A stretch of DNA of 64,000 bases, taken from the NCBI GenBank assembly GCA_021613535.1, contig CP075493.1:62001-126000 (forward strand), given 5' to 3'. Source of the stretch: Adineta vaga (Eukaryota; Animalia; Rotifera). Under the pieces are notes generated by a model. That model was not told where the DNA came from. It saw nothing but the letters and a program-made list of their open reading frames with translations, and ran no database searches. Below, piece after piece: positions 39,625 through 52,959 of this stretch. Position 1 is the first letter of the stretch, and each line of letters starts with the position of its first letter. The translations under genes were made by a program, and so were the position numbers.

Positions 39625-41015
39625 ATTATGTCGCGAGGAAATCTCATATTTAATGAAATGTGAAGGTAGTATCTTATTCTCTTTTTCAGTTAGTGACTAG
39701 ATGATAAGATGACTCTTTAGTTACTTGATTTTTAATTGGAGAATATAATATATTGATTAGAAATCATTTTTGCCAGATGGCAGAGCGTTTCGATATGATA
39801 ACTTTTAATATATTATCATGCATGATTATTTGTTATTATACTAATTTTTTTTCAAAAAAATGAACTTAATCGCAAATCAGAAGCTGTGTTTTTCTCCATT
39901 ATAGTTTGATTAAAGACGCTAGTATATTTAAGTGTAATGCATATCTGTTCTTCCAAATACTTGATTAAGAATTCAAGACGATAGAAATAAAAATATTATG
40001 TCACAAATAAAATAACGTCAATTCTTTTTTAAATTACTAGTGTATATTATGAACTTGGATATTATTTAAATGGGCGCTTTAATCCACGCATTCATCGTAT
40101 ATTCAGATAGCGTTTACTACTCATTTAACGTATTTTCGAATTAAAAGCAATTTAGAATCCTACCAGAATCGGACACTTTTCATACAATACAGAATTTTGT
40201 GGATAAGAGCTTGATTAATATATATATATTATAATATTATAATTCAAGCGGGGGTCACATCATTTTCATTGAAAACCATTGAATGATCAATAGAGAGAAT
40301 CGTTTTCAACATGAATATTTGTAAGCGAATGTTCAAATCTTTCGAGTGATCACATACAATACACGTATTCGTCATCGAAATTCGTGACTGATCTCAATAT
40401 ACCATTCAGTCACTGGATGTGGCAATATTCTAAAATATTCCTTTACTTGGAATGCAGGTTAATGAAGAAAAATCTGAATCAATGATTACAGATGTAAAAA
40501 TTCTCAGAAATCTCTATTTATAAATCCGTAACCGTAGAGGAACCGGCGGGATACGGTCCGTATCCTGTCGTCCGGAAAAGATCAACCGATCCTTCTCCAG
40601 GAACCGGTCCGGATCCGGTGATCGTATCCAAAAACTCAATCCGCGCCAGGGATTCGCCTGGAACTGTACCGGAAACGGATACCGGGATAAGAAAACTCAA
40701 TCCACATCCGGGAATCGAACGGAACTGTACGGGAAACGGATGCCCGGATACGAAGTTGGAATCCTGCTGCGGGAAATCACCAGAAATTCCTGGATCCCGC
40801 CGGTTCCGACCGTACCAAATTGACATGGGAATATAACGTAATTCTCCTTATTGTTATTCAAAGTAAAATTGTTATCTTAATCTAGCAAATATATATATCA
40901 AATAAAAGTCTACATTATGCGACGATATGAATATATCATTCTATTGTAGATTTATAATATTTCATATTTAATCAATAATTACACTGTCATTATTCAAACT
41001 ATCGTACAACTCAAT

Positions 41016-42412
41016 ATGGAGACTTCACCAAATCAAACATTAAGTAAGATTTTAATCTATATTAAGAGTAGATTTTGAACGACAGATCAATACTAGTTAA
41101 AGTTCTCTGTCCATTTAATCATAACATGGATGTCTTTTCATATTCATCGTTTAATCCATTTTTAGACGCTCCAATCAGTAACTTTGATTATTTGTCGAGG
41201 CAAATAAAACATGAATTGTCTACTCATCCCTCGTCCTCATCATCCTTACCTACTTCTGAAATGCTACATATCCATGATTGTACAACTGTAACAATCAAAG
41301 AGAAACCATGTGAACCTCTTAGTTCTGTCGAAAGCACAAATCATCTGGATCCATTGTTTCTTAAATCTGGATTTGATGGTAAATTGTTTGTTCATCGATG
41401 ATATCATCTCACCGTTCTTTCATTTATTTAGATGCAATGAACATAGCATTACAACATAAATTCAATTTAACTATTCCATCACAAGATGAAGATCCATGCA
41501 AGAAGTTTCGACTTGAAAGGAAATGTTTTGCTATCACTTGTAGATCAAATTTCACCAGTGAGATATAGTTGACACATAATTATCAAATTAAAACTACTAA
41601 AATATTATCTTTTAAATAGAAGAAGATATCTCCCATCATATTCAAAATGAATTCAATGAAAACTTACAATATATTTGTATTGCACGTTCAGATAAACCAC
41701 AATTTTATGGGTTGCCTTCTATATATTACATTCAAATAAATCTTCATAAAAAGATCAACAAGAAGAGATTGTTTTTAAAAGAAATATCAGGTTAGAATAA
41801 TTTCATTTGATTTATATGAATGTTGAAGATATTTTTGAATAGCATTCTGTTAATAAACTGTTTTTAGGAATGAATTGTAATTATCAAGTAACACGTGATG
41901 ATCGAGCTTGGAATGCATTCCTGAAAAAAGGTTTCTCTTTTGATTAAAGTTTTTCTTCATTAAATAAAAGCTTATATATATATATATATATATGTTTATT
42001 CTAGTTGGCGCATATATTGAATATGGACAATTTCGATCAGTAAGATCACGTCTCGGTATAGAATCGACTCGGGCAGGTAGAAATAAATGTAAAAAATTGA
42101 GAAAAGGAACTTTGGTACAAAATCAAAAAATTGAAATGAAAACAATGCAATTAATTGTAAAACAACTCGTCGAGATCATCACCACGAATGTAAGAACATC
42201 TATTGATAATGCAATTCAACTTGCGACTCGATTCATACCACATGAATGTGAACATGAAAAACAAATGTAAGTATCAATAATTTTATTCTTTTAGATGTTT
42301 CAAGAAATTAACTCATGCTTTTGTCTATCATTAATAGGCTTCTAGAAAAACTGAACTCTGCTTACAAATTCTTACAAATCGATCCCATGCAATAACTATT
42401 TGATTTTCAATG
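41016..42412 (+). CDS. Rep-like (CRESS/geminivirus-type HUH) protein, catalytically degenerate, no helicase domain seen
   Basis: Spliced: KFRLERKCFAIT|..LQYICIA...SIYYIQINL..|CNYQVTRDDRAWNAFLKK|..YIEYGQFRS. Motif I is present; motif II HxH reads IYY and motif III YxxK reads FLKK. Confidence 0.7.
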
Positions 42413-42648
42413 AAACGGCCAGCAACGTGCATTTCGGGAACCATTTATCTGATATGCTTAAATGTACTCTGTTTGTCTCTTTCAAAATAATTCTGATTTT
42501 CTGAACATAATCTTGTATAGTCAATTGTTCTATAATAGAATTTGAAAAAAATGTAGATCTTGTATATATATATATATATCAACACTTTAATGAACATAAA
42601 TAATATGATTCTATTAAAATATTCTAGATTAAATTACAACACACACTA

Positions 42649-43020
42649 ATGGCATCTGATTTGTGGCGCTTAGTTCAGATTATGATAGATTCAGCCATCG
42701 AAGAATTTGTATTAACACCTGATGATAAAAGATCATCAACAACTGAAGATTCCAACGAACAAACAAGCAAATATGATCAACCATCAAATACTGATCGGCA
42801 ATTTTGTTTCATCATCTTCAACAATCCAAAATGGTCTCATATACTTCGACGACACAGAGAAAAGGTGCATGAAAACGAAATAAAGGCACTCAACTCCATG
42901 ATGTATATATTTTTTCTAGATTGCACAACAACGAGCACAAACTGTTACATCTGATCCATCAACTGCAAAGAGAAATGAAGAAAAAAAGGAGCTGTCTTTG
43001 GATGATCGTTTTACTGCGCA
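42649..43020 (+). CDS. Small co-oriented ORF of unknown function in the Terminon-like array
   Basis: 101-aa ORF with a probable short intron; no recognised motif. Confidence 0.3.
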
Positions 43021-43433
43021 ATTACGACAACTATTCGATGATTATATGCAGCATACAAAACGACGATATCCTATTAAATATTTTATTGATTTTACTGAAT
43101 GAAAGAAGTGAATTTTGTTCTAAATTGTCTTGAAAAGAGATATTGATATACATATATATCAAAATAAAAACTAATTGAAAACTCTATGTCGAAATCCATA
43201 TTCGGACATCATACATGTATAACTAAAGAAACATCTTTAAAATATTTCTGTTTCGTTTTGGATTAAAATAAAAATAAAATAAACAATACTGATTGAAGCA
43301 CCATTCATTCATCGTAATTTAATTTTAACAATGAGCGAATATTCATTCTATAAGATATATGTATATAGCACTATTGTACTGATTTAATAAGCTACTAACT
43401 TATTGTATTCGTTTTCTTTTTCAGTGGCGTGAT

Positions 43434-46400
43434 ATGCAATGGTGTGATAACATTTTTGATGTCATCGATGACAATGAAGATATATTGGAATATACACCAG
43501 AAGAATTAAATCGATACTATATGTCGGGTCAACTTCGGTCAAACTTTGAAGAAGATAATGACAATAACAATGAAGAAATCACGTCAGATATCGATACGGT
43601 ACTGTTCGCTGATCACACCGATGATAATCAAGTAAACAAAGTTTCAGTTATAAATTGTAGATAACTTATGGGTTTCTTAATGTTTAGTCAGCCACAATAA
43701 CAAATGCAGACAAGAAAATAGAAAACAAGGCGACACACAAGGAAGAAGACATTCTATCAGAAAAACTAAGTCAATTATCCACAGATAATAATTACGAGCA
43801 ACCTATTGCCAAATCTAATCGAAAAAGACGACGAAGTACATATAGAAGTCTGAATTTAGTTTCAAAAAAGATTAAATTTACTCAAAATAATGATACAAAG
43901 GATAAGAGTACAAATGATAATGTTAAAGAAGAGAAATCTGATGATGTACCAGCATATTTATCACTAACAAATATATCGTTTCTTCATGTCATTCAACAGA
44001 TTCAAAATACAGAAAATTCAATTGATATGAAAGATTTGCAAATAATAGCATTGTTAATGCATCGTATAACTGCTAATCGTATACAAAAACAGATTAACAG
44101 TGTCTATCTACGATCCGGTACTGGTAAATTAGATGATTCTAGTTTCGATTTAATCGAAATCGATCGACGAGTTTGGCCTAAAGAAGTTAAATCAGATATG
44201 CTAGCGAAAATTGCACAATCGAACATTACTACGGCAACAAAAATCAATTCAGATAGTGAACAACTCGATTTTGAAAATCTTGTCAATGAACGTCTACAAC
44301 AAATCAATGAAAAAATTGAACAATATACTCAACAACTCATTGACAAAAAGAATCATTTAATCGGATTTACATCATCAATAGAAAAGACAATCATTCAGTA
44401 TGTTCAACGCTATGGCATTATTCCACTTCAAATGAAAAGAGATCTAAAAATAGCTTTACTCAAACATGATTACAATACCATCATACTTCGAAGAAAATAT
44501 GAACAAGAAAATCCAAACGAATATCATGTAAGTCAAGTAGAGCTAGTCGAAGAATTTCATAGAACTAATATCAATATTCTTTTATCATTCAGACTGAAAT
44601 AGCCGAACAGCTATGTACTACAAAATATGAGTTGGAGAAATCGAAACGTGAATTAATTGAATTAAAACAAAGAGTTTTCTATCATAAACTCCCTGCTTTT
44701 GTCAAAGATATCGAACTATCACCACCATCGTCTACTATGTCTGCAACCACAACAGCATCCAACACTGTTCATAGTCAGTTATTCAACAAAAGAAACTTGA
44801 TCTTCTTGCTGCACATATAGCCAAAGCAGAAATCAAATACTATCAAGCAGACAGTAACTTCAATTCTGAATATACGAAAATGCTGAATAATCATCGAAAT
44901 CTTGTACGAAACAAAGGAATGACTTCAGCATTAAGCGATTTATTGGAAAAGCGACTCACCAATATCACTGATCGATTACGAGATATACATTACTATCGAA
45001 TCAATTTCTTTCTTCGAAGTTCTTATAGTGATTTGGAAAACATATACAAACAAATTGAGCCTCAAGAAAATACGAATATTAACGTGTTCTTTTCAAATGT
45101 AATTAGTTATACATTACACGGATTGAATCAAAAACAAATACAGTTACTTAGTCGAGGACCGACTTATGTTCCACCTTGTCAATCACGACTCAAATTTTCG
45201 TCGAAATCAACAGAGACAACCATAACAGATATTGTGAAAAAGCAATATGCACCATTGAAACATCAAATGGCTAGTCTCTTTTCAAAGCATCGTGTTAATA
45301 TTGCTTTATCATGGGATGTTCATTCAATTATTTGTCAAAAGTTTACTAATCTTTTTGCTATTTCAATTCCTCATAACATTCAACAACGTGCTACTGAAGA
45401 AATGAAATTAATTCAATCGATACGATCTTCTCTAAAAACAAACAATATGATAATACGACGAACAGCTGACAATCGAAATAGATTCTATGTAGGGAACAAG
45501 ATTGATTTCGAAGCAAAAGCAAACGAATTCATGTCGAAATCTAGTGATAAATATGAATTCACAGTGACCATTGGTAATGATCAAGGTAATAATGACGATC
45601 AAGAAAAACAGCCACAAAATCCACAATATTTTTTGAAGGGAAGAATTGAAGCAATCAATTTTGCATTAGAAACGTTGGGAAAACGCAAAGCATTAGATAA
45701 TGATACGATCAACAAGTTAATAATTGATCCAGAGAAAGTTAAATTACCTTATCTCTATTTCTTGCCAGATATTTCGAAAGTGAGTATCATCTCCAGTCAT
45801 CGTTTTTTTGCTTCTCACCTAACCTATCTCAAGATAATATTCATTTTTTTAATAGGAAAACGAATTGACACTTGTACCAACGATCGTAGCACATCAAAGT
45901 ATGACATCAAATATTGGTGAATACGTTGATAAACTGATTCGACCATTTGCTGAAGAAAAGATGAAACATTTGACATTTTTTAATGAAGCTGATTTCATGA
46001 AAAAATTAATGTATTATGCTTATGATCAACGTCGTTTAAAATCAACAAGTCTCTTTTGCACAATTCAAATTACCAATTTTTATTCATTGGATAAGCATGA
46101 TACAATGATTGATACAATTATAGCTTTCTTAAAAGATAAATCAGCAAATAACACAGTCAATAAAGTATCGATCAATACAATAAAAAATCTACTACAATTA
46201 TTTTTCTATCAAAATCTCTTTACATATGAAAATAAAATTTATATGATAAAAAATGGTAGTCCAAACACGCTATCATTAACTGAAACACTAGCTAATATAT
46301 ATTTATTTGAATGGCAAAAATCCATATTGAATCAATTCGAGTACGACCAAGAATTATTTGGACGGTTAGTACAATTCTTTTTTTTCTCTATCAATATAAT

Positions 46401-47135
46401 TCGCAATGATACTCGCTATCTTTTAGACATAAAGATCACATCTTTTTCACTTGGAATAAGTCTTATGACATGCTTTATTCTTATCTACAGTCCCTAAGAA
46501 AGCAACAACCTAGTGTTAATTTTAAAATATCGATTGGATCAAATGTACATTACTTCAATGCTCATATTGAAAATAGAAAAGGTGAACTATACAGTCGAGT
46601 GTATCATGATCCAATGATACCACGTTATACACTGCCTTATGTTGTTGGTCATTCAAAAGTACGACTTAGTGACTGGCTTCGATCAGCACTTCTTCGAGCT
46701 GTCTGTTATTGTTCATCTGTTGAAGATTTTCATCAAGAACGTCTCTATCTTGAACTCACTTACCTTGTCAATGGTTATTCATTTTTCTTTGTGGAAAGTC
46801 ACATACAAAATTTCTTCGATTATTTTCAAAGAGAATCAATACGATACTGTTTAGAACAATCAAATTATCATTCATTTCGTCGACAATGGTTTGATTTTTT
46901 TGAGTTGCAAAATCAACGTTCGGAAAAACTTCAACAATTGGATGATAAGAAGCAAGTGATTCGTTTCAACTATTTCTATGATTATGGCCCAAGATGTGAA
47001 TTTAATCAATATTTTCATGAATTATGGTCGGATTATTTTAAATCGAATCCAACATTATCCAATGAAAAGTTAAAAATCCTGCTGACAACCAAGCACACCC
47101 AGTCACTCAACGCATTATTATCTTTTCAAACATGA
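43434..47135 (+). CDS. Coiled-coil domain fused to Athena(PLE)-type reverse transcriptase, catalytically dead; one frameshift at ~44790
   Basis: GT-AG introns 43632-43687, 44528-44592, 45780-45855, 46365-46426 restore the frame. PLE motifs LLSRGPTYVPPCQ, RRTAD, LPYLYFLP, YTLPYVVGHS. Motif A reads FCTIQITNFY; motif C reads R|HKDHIFFTWN. No GIY-YIG domain follows. Confidence 0.85.
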
Positions 47136-47491
47136 GATTTTGTATACTATAGATTGTATTTATCTTTGACGACCAATTCAAATGTTTTCTTGGAGGCTAT
47201 GCACTTTGTAACATGATTAGAATTGATATTAATAAAATATGAATAAAATAGATCATGTGGTATACGCTGATCTTTTTCGTTTGAATTTTCTTTCAATCAC
47301 TTGTTTTCTATCATTTCTCTAATACTTTATGTTCGATTTCTTGTTTCAGACACATTTCTAGCGAATCTGGTCTGCGATCTATTAAGCTTCGAAAGCCTAT
47401 CAGTCTGCATTTCAATTCAAACAAAACTAAACATCCAAACAATCGAGTACTTCATCATTGAAACCATTTCAAATCTGTCGATAAAAACACA

Positions 47492-48296
47492 ATGTTACAA
47501 TCGAATTCAAATCTATCCAGTAATGAACGAAAACGACTCTTAAATATACAATTAAGTATTTTACCAGCATTCACTCCACTCAATGGCTGGCGAGTGTATT
47601 GTATTAATCAAACAACTGATCCATCATTATTGCACTATCTTATTGAATTAGCACGAAAAACTGTCAAATATACGATCGATACGGAACATGATTATTATAC
47701 ACATGAAGCAGCATTGATTCAAATTGAATTTATACGTCGACAATCAGTTATCCTTTTGATTGAAACATGCCATTTACCACAAGCATCAACTGTCACATTT
47801 TGGTTAATCAAGTCACTTTTTAAAATAATTTTTAATCCATCTAATGCCATTTACTCGTGGGGTGATGCTGTAAATGAATTAAGTCGATTTACACATTACA
47901 ATCTATTTTCCTGTTCAAGTCTTTATCAAATGAATAACATCGATATACAAAGTGGCTTCAAAATATGGTAAACTTTCATTCATGATTGTGGTCTCCATTT
48001 ATACGGAGATGATAATGAACTATGTACATGTCCACACCGACCAATAAAACATAAAAACAATCAATGGTCACTTCAGAAAGCAGTTGCTTATGCATTTCAT
48101 GAATTTCTAGATAAGAGTCGCTGTAAAAGTAAATGGCGCCAACGACTGACAAGCACGAATCAAATACGACAGAAAATTTGTAATGAATTAATTCGATATG
48201 CAGCTAATGATTGTTTAGCTGTCACCAAACTACAAATGCTAGTCGGTTTCAATTACACCAAAGAACAACTTGACATGTATAATCGAAACAAATGAT
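47492..48296 (+). pseudogene. DEDDy-type 3'-5' exonuclease with one in-frame stop (47969-47971)
   Basis: ExoI YTIDTE, ALIQIEF, YSWG...EL, IDIQ, then same frame CTCPHRP..WSLQKAVAYAFHEFLDKS...LIRYAANDCLAVTKL (ExoIII YxxxD). Confidence 0.85.
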
Positions 48297-48639
48297 TTAA
48301 ATAGTAAGCCATGTACATATAATAATATACGCATAGCTATCGAATTCTTTCTAGAAATAGCAACCATATGGAACATTGAAGAAATTTCGAACATATATGT
48401 TTTATCATTGTATTTGTGTTTTGTTGATGTTTTTGAAAAAGAAAAAATAGATGACTATAATATGTATTCGTCGTTGCGTTTTTTTATATTCATTTCTTTT
48501 ATTTTTAGATAGCATCCTGAGTATATCTATTTCTACGTTTCAGAAAAAAATGTCTAGTACAAGAGCAACGTACCAAGACGGAAGTAATTACAATTATGAC
48601 ATCTTTTATTTTGAATTGAAATAGCTCGAATTTTCTTTT

Positions 48640-49741
48640 TCTTTTCAGGTGATGACAAGCAACAACAACAGATCGAGCGGGTAAATATAGAAAACAAAGT
48701 TAATGTATGTCCAAAATGACTATTGTTTCTTACCAGCAATCGGATCCATTGTCAATCACCGACACTACGAAAACATTCATCGAAAACGATCAGCAAAAAT
48801 TCGTCAATAATCAACAAGTTGAAGGAATAAGCACAGATGTAAATTTAATTGATTTTTTGCGATGTTATATCCCACTTGAACGTTGTAAGGTAAAATATGT
48901 AATATTTTCGATTAGGAAGTAGATGAACTGATATCCATATTCTCTTCTCATTTGCATCATTACTTATAGGTGGAAAACTATGTGATTAATCATAGTGACA
49001 CTCAAAGTACAACTTTTCGAAAAGATGCACCACTAACCCAAGAAGAAGAAGATGGAAAAGAAACAACAAAAGAATTAAAACAAATAAGTCAATCAAATCA
49101 ATTCGCTACATCACGAACGGAATCAAATGAAGATAAATGATGTGGAACATTATTCGACTTCGTAGACTTTAATCCGTTGGAAAACTACATCTATATAGAT
49201 TTCTTTGAATAAACTTTTATATTAAACAAGAAGACGAAAGAGATATTACTTATCAAATAAACTAGTTTTCTTTCATTTTAGATCTGAACTCATATTGGTT
49301 TCATTTCCTGTAATCATCTTATTTCAACCGCTTTCGTTTTTAAATGGCTTCCAGCAGTAGCTCAACGTCAGTCTCAGACAAAATGAATTCAATCCGTAAG
49401 AAACTGTTACAAATTGCCATTGTGAAACTGACCTATATTTTGATTTATAACTAGATACGAACAAGCCATCAAAAATGATGGACATAGAGGATATTGTGAC
49501 ATCTCCAGTACAAACTGAACAATGTCCTAGTTTAGCATCATCAATAATACGGACTCCAAGTGCACCATTACCACGAGCTTCAGCATCAGTTGCACAAGAT
49601 CCCAGTCAAACACCGCGACGTCAAGTGGTCACATTTCAGTTACCAGGAGAAGTAGATCCAACGATTCAATTACCCAATATGTCATTACTATGGAGATCTA
49701 TCAAGAATATGTCTCTTGAAAAGAAACCTGGCCAAAAATGA
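48640..49741 (+). CDS. Two short spliced co-oriented ORFs, unknown function
   Basis: ORFs 48707-48922 and 49475-49741 with flanking GT/AG signals; low-complexity products. Confidence 0.3.
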
Positions 49742-50636
49742 CTCAGATGATTTCCATGTCAATTTAATTGTTTTTGAAACCTTTACTAGTAACTAGTGTA
49801 TCTTTTATTGGTTCATGTCTTTTTTCGTCAAAATCTCATTGTATTTCGAACTTTATCTAAATCTGTTCTTCGTCTACTACATATTATAAACATTCGAAAT
49901 ATCATCATTTTTCTTCTAACATATTTCACCTTTCTTTAACCATATGTTTATCGATTCTAGATATAAATATATCTTTATCAGCAATTGCCAAACAGCTCAA
50001 TCGTACAATTTATCAGTCATAAATGCATTTACTTGAACAAGTAAGTAGCTTGAACATATGTAGGACAAGTAGAATGAGATATCGTTATATTTGAAATTCT
50101 CATAAACGTAGATGGTGATCCATTTGACAAAAAATCTATGACATAGATTTCAATAATCTCAATAACAATACCATATCAAATACCTAGGTGAGTACTGGTC
50201 GGTTAGAATATCATAGAAGAATTTCCCAGATATATTTTATATATATTTATTTACATTAGATAAAATCATCGATCTACCTTGAACATTCAAAAGTTATTTG
50301 GATGATGACAGACAATTACCATGAAGCCATACGACTGAAGGGAAAATAAAACATCCAGCTTCATTTTATCTACTCCATTGGTGTAATCGTAACTGCTGTT
50401 TTGTGAAATGTAACCTAGTATGAATTCAAAATGTCTGTCGCAATCCATAGCACATTTATTTTTTTTTGAAAAGCTGGCAGTTTTCTTTCGACTTCTATAC
50501 AAAATTATCAAAAATCATCTGAACGATTTGATCTGTGTGAAAGACACGAACTAATGTCGTAGCTCTATCTTTTTATACACATTCGTTTAAAGTTCTTTTC
50601 GATCGAATTTATCTTGATTTGCTTTTCTTTTTTCAG

Positions 50637-52102
50637 ATTGAAAAGAATATTTTTAAATCGGACGATTTATTACCTTTGCATCACACACAAATGACAAAAG
50701 ATGGGTACCAATCGAACCGATTAACACAACACAATTCAGGAAGAAAATCTCATGGTAACCGGAGAATACAAAGATTCAGAAGAAAATGTCGTTCAAAAGG
50801 AATGACTAAAGAAGCAATCGAAAAATTAGTGGAAATTCAAAAGACAACTTATTCAATTCATCAAAACAATCGAAATCTAGAGAGAAAATATATGAATAGT
50901 TATTCCACAAGTTGTACTGATGATGATCTCAACATCGTATCGTCAATGTTGTTTGAAAACCATCAGGTATGACGATAATAGGTAACGAAATAAAGTTATA
51001 TAGTATTATTTTACATATAGACCTATCTTCATGAATATCAATCTAATAAAGAAAACATACCAACCGGATCAGCTGGTGGATCATTATCGATATTGACCCC
51101 AATAATATCAACAGGAACTTGGAGTTCACCACCATCTTCTAAAACATATCATAAGGCAGTTCACCGATATTCTTTATCTACAGATCATTGGAAACAAACA
51201 TCAATGCTAATACCTAACTATTATCAACTCTCTTTCTTTGAATTCAAAGATTTACTACTTAACATAATTCAAGCAAGCAATCGGCAGCAGATTCAAGAAC
51301 GAATAACAAATTTTACCGCACTACAAATCATACAACAGCGTGCTCAACTAATGTGCAAGGTTTCCCAATTAAGAATTGAAAATGATTATTGGAATTATAT
51401 CAGCAATATGGCGGACATACCCATTGTAATTTGGCTATCAGAAGTTTCTAAAGACGTCACTAGACAAAATTTCATTAATTGGGATCATACTAAAACAAAA
51501 AACAATATTCAACAACGTCAACAAATGATTCAAGATAAATTGCAACAAGCTGAATATAATTTGAATAATCATTTACACCAACAGCTAGATCCGTTATCTT
51601 TTCAAGCGAAAACAATAGCGCTTCCAGATCATCCAATGACTATTATTTCCGATGCTCTGGCTCATCTGGTAGAAAATGGTCTACATTATTTTCGTATGAA
51701 CTTTGAACAAAAGAAAATCTTATTAATGTTTGATACTAATGATGCACAACTTGTCAAATCATTCTATGATTTAAATCCAACATCGCAACAGGTTTCTATT
51801 CATTTATTACATAGTTTTTATTTTATTTTATTCTTGTTTTTCATTATATCTTAGATTTCGACTGCCCAAAAACTTTGGCGAACTAAAATAAAACAATGTC
51901 AAAAAACCGTTTGTCATCAAAAGAAAAACTATCCATTGCCAATGTTATATGATAGTACAATCAATACAGAGAGCCAAAAGCAGCAAAATGAAGTACCTAA
52001 AATGGGATCATTTACTCCGACCATGTCTACTATTGTGGAAGCTCGTCTATGCAATATGGAAGAGCGCATTCATCAAATGATACATTTTTCTTCTACTTTT
52101 TA
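50637..52102 (+). CDS. Terminon-type coiled-coil ORF with basic N-terminal motif (partly degraded)
   Basis: GRKSHGNRRIQRFRRKCRSKGM; PNY; Q-rich heptads; FEQKKILLMFD..D..LVKSFYDLNPT..Q|I..AQKLW. Ends at an intron position similar to the CC part at 44027-44527. Confidence 0.7.
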
Positions 52103-52959
52103 ACATAAACCTTTCTTCTCGTAATATGCATCTACACCGAATATTGTGTCCTCTATATAGATGGGGGAAAACTGTCAATGAAAGTTTGAATGTATAGAAG
52201 TTTTCATTTCTTTCCCTTATTTGAATTGGTGTACAACTTCAACATGTAAACTAAACTTCTCTCTCTGTTCTAGATATAATTAACATTTAACATTTTGTAT
52301 ATTCTGGAATCAATTATCGAAATCTACACCAAGGAACGCTTTTTACGTACCACTAGTATTGAAAAAAGTGTGAAAACGAAAAGAAAACTTTCTATTATCC
52401 ATCTCCATTTCAAATTATATCATCAAGGAATCAACCATTTTAATACATATCTCATAGTTTCAAACATCTCAAAAGTAAGTGTAAGCAGGAAAAGTAAACT
52501 ACATACATAATCATATACTCATACCTAAATATTTTCAAGACATCTTATCTTATTACGCACTCCCTTGACTAACAATAAGATTTTCCCAACATGCTCAGCT
52601 CCAACTTACATCTACTACACTGAATATGAGACTATAAAATTTATTTTATCATATACCAAACATAGAGGTAAGTATAGCTTCGGTTTTATATGCAACGAAC
52701 GTTACACTACTTCTTCTCTTATGAGCTTTCAGTCACATTTCAGCCTTAAAATATTAAAAATTCTCTTTTGAGTTTAGACACAAATTTTCAGCGATCTGAA
52801 CAGCTGGATCTTCAACTAAGGTGAGGCATATAGTTATAACATTTTCAATCCATACAAACCCCTGTAAATGTAAAAATTGTTTTTGTTTCGATTTAATTTA
52901 TTTTGATATTTCTTTCAGATAGCATTTCTCAGCAAGTTCACAGATACCATTTTGAAGAA

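Larger units (their letters stand above)
28341..40829 (-). mobile_element. 12.5-kb En/Spm(CMC)-type DNA transposon with CCC...GGG ends
   Basis: Ends CCCAGGACGA / TTGACATGGG with ~300-bp GC-rich CCGGA/GGAAC subterminal blocks; same end types as the MITE at 56440-56754; contains a TnpD-like transposase. Flanks TA/AA (imperfect 2-bp TSD). Confidence 0.8.

Noticed and set aside
42715-42765. CTGATGA/CTGAAGA motifs as hammerheads
   Set aside because: No stem II + GAAA; they lie within an ORF.
50515-50562. Possible second hammerhead (CTGAACGA..GTGTGAAAGACAC-GAAC)
   Set aside because: Core is non-canonical (no CTGANGA adjacent to stem II, GAAC instead of GAAA) and there is no convincing stem I.
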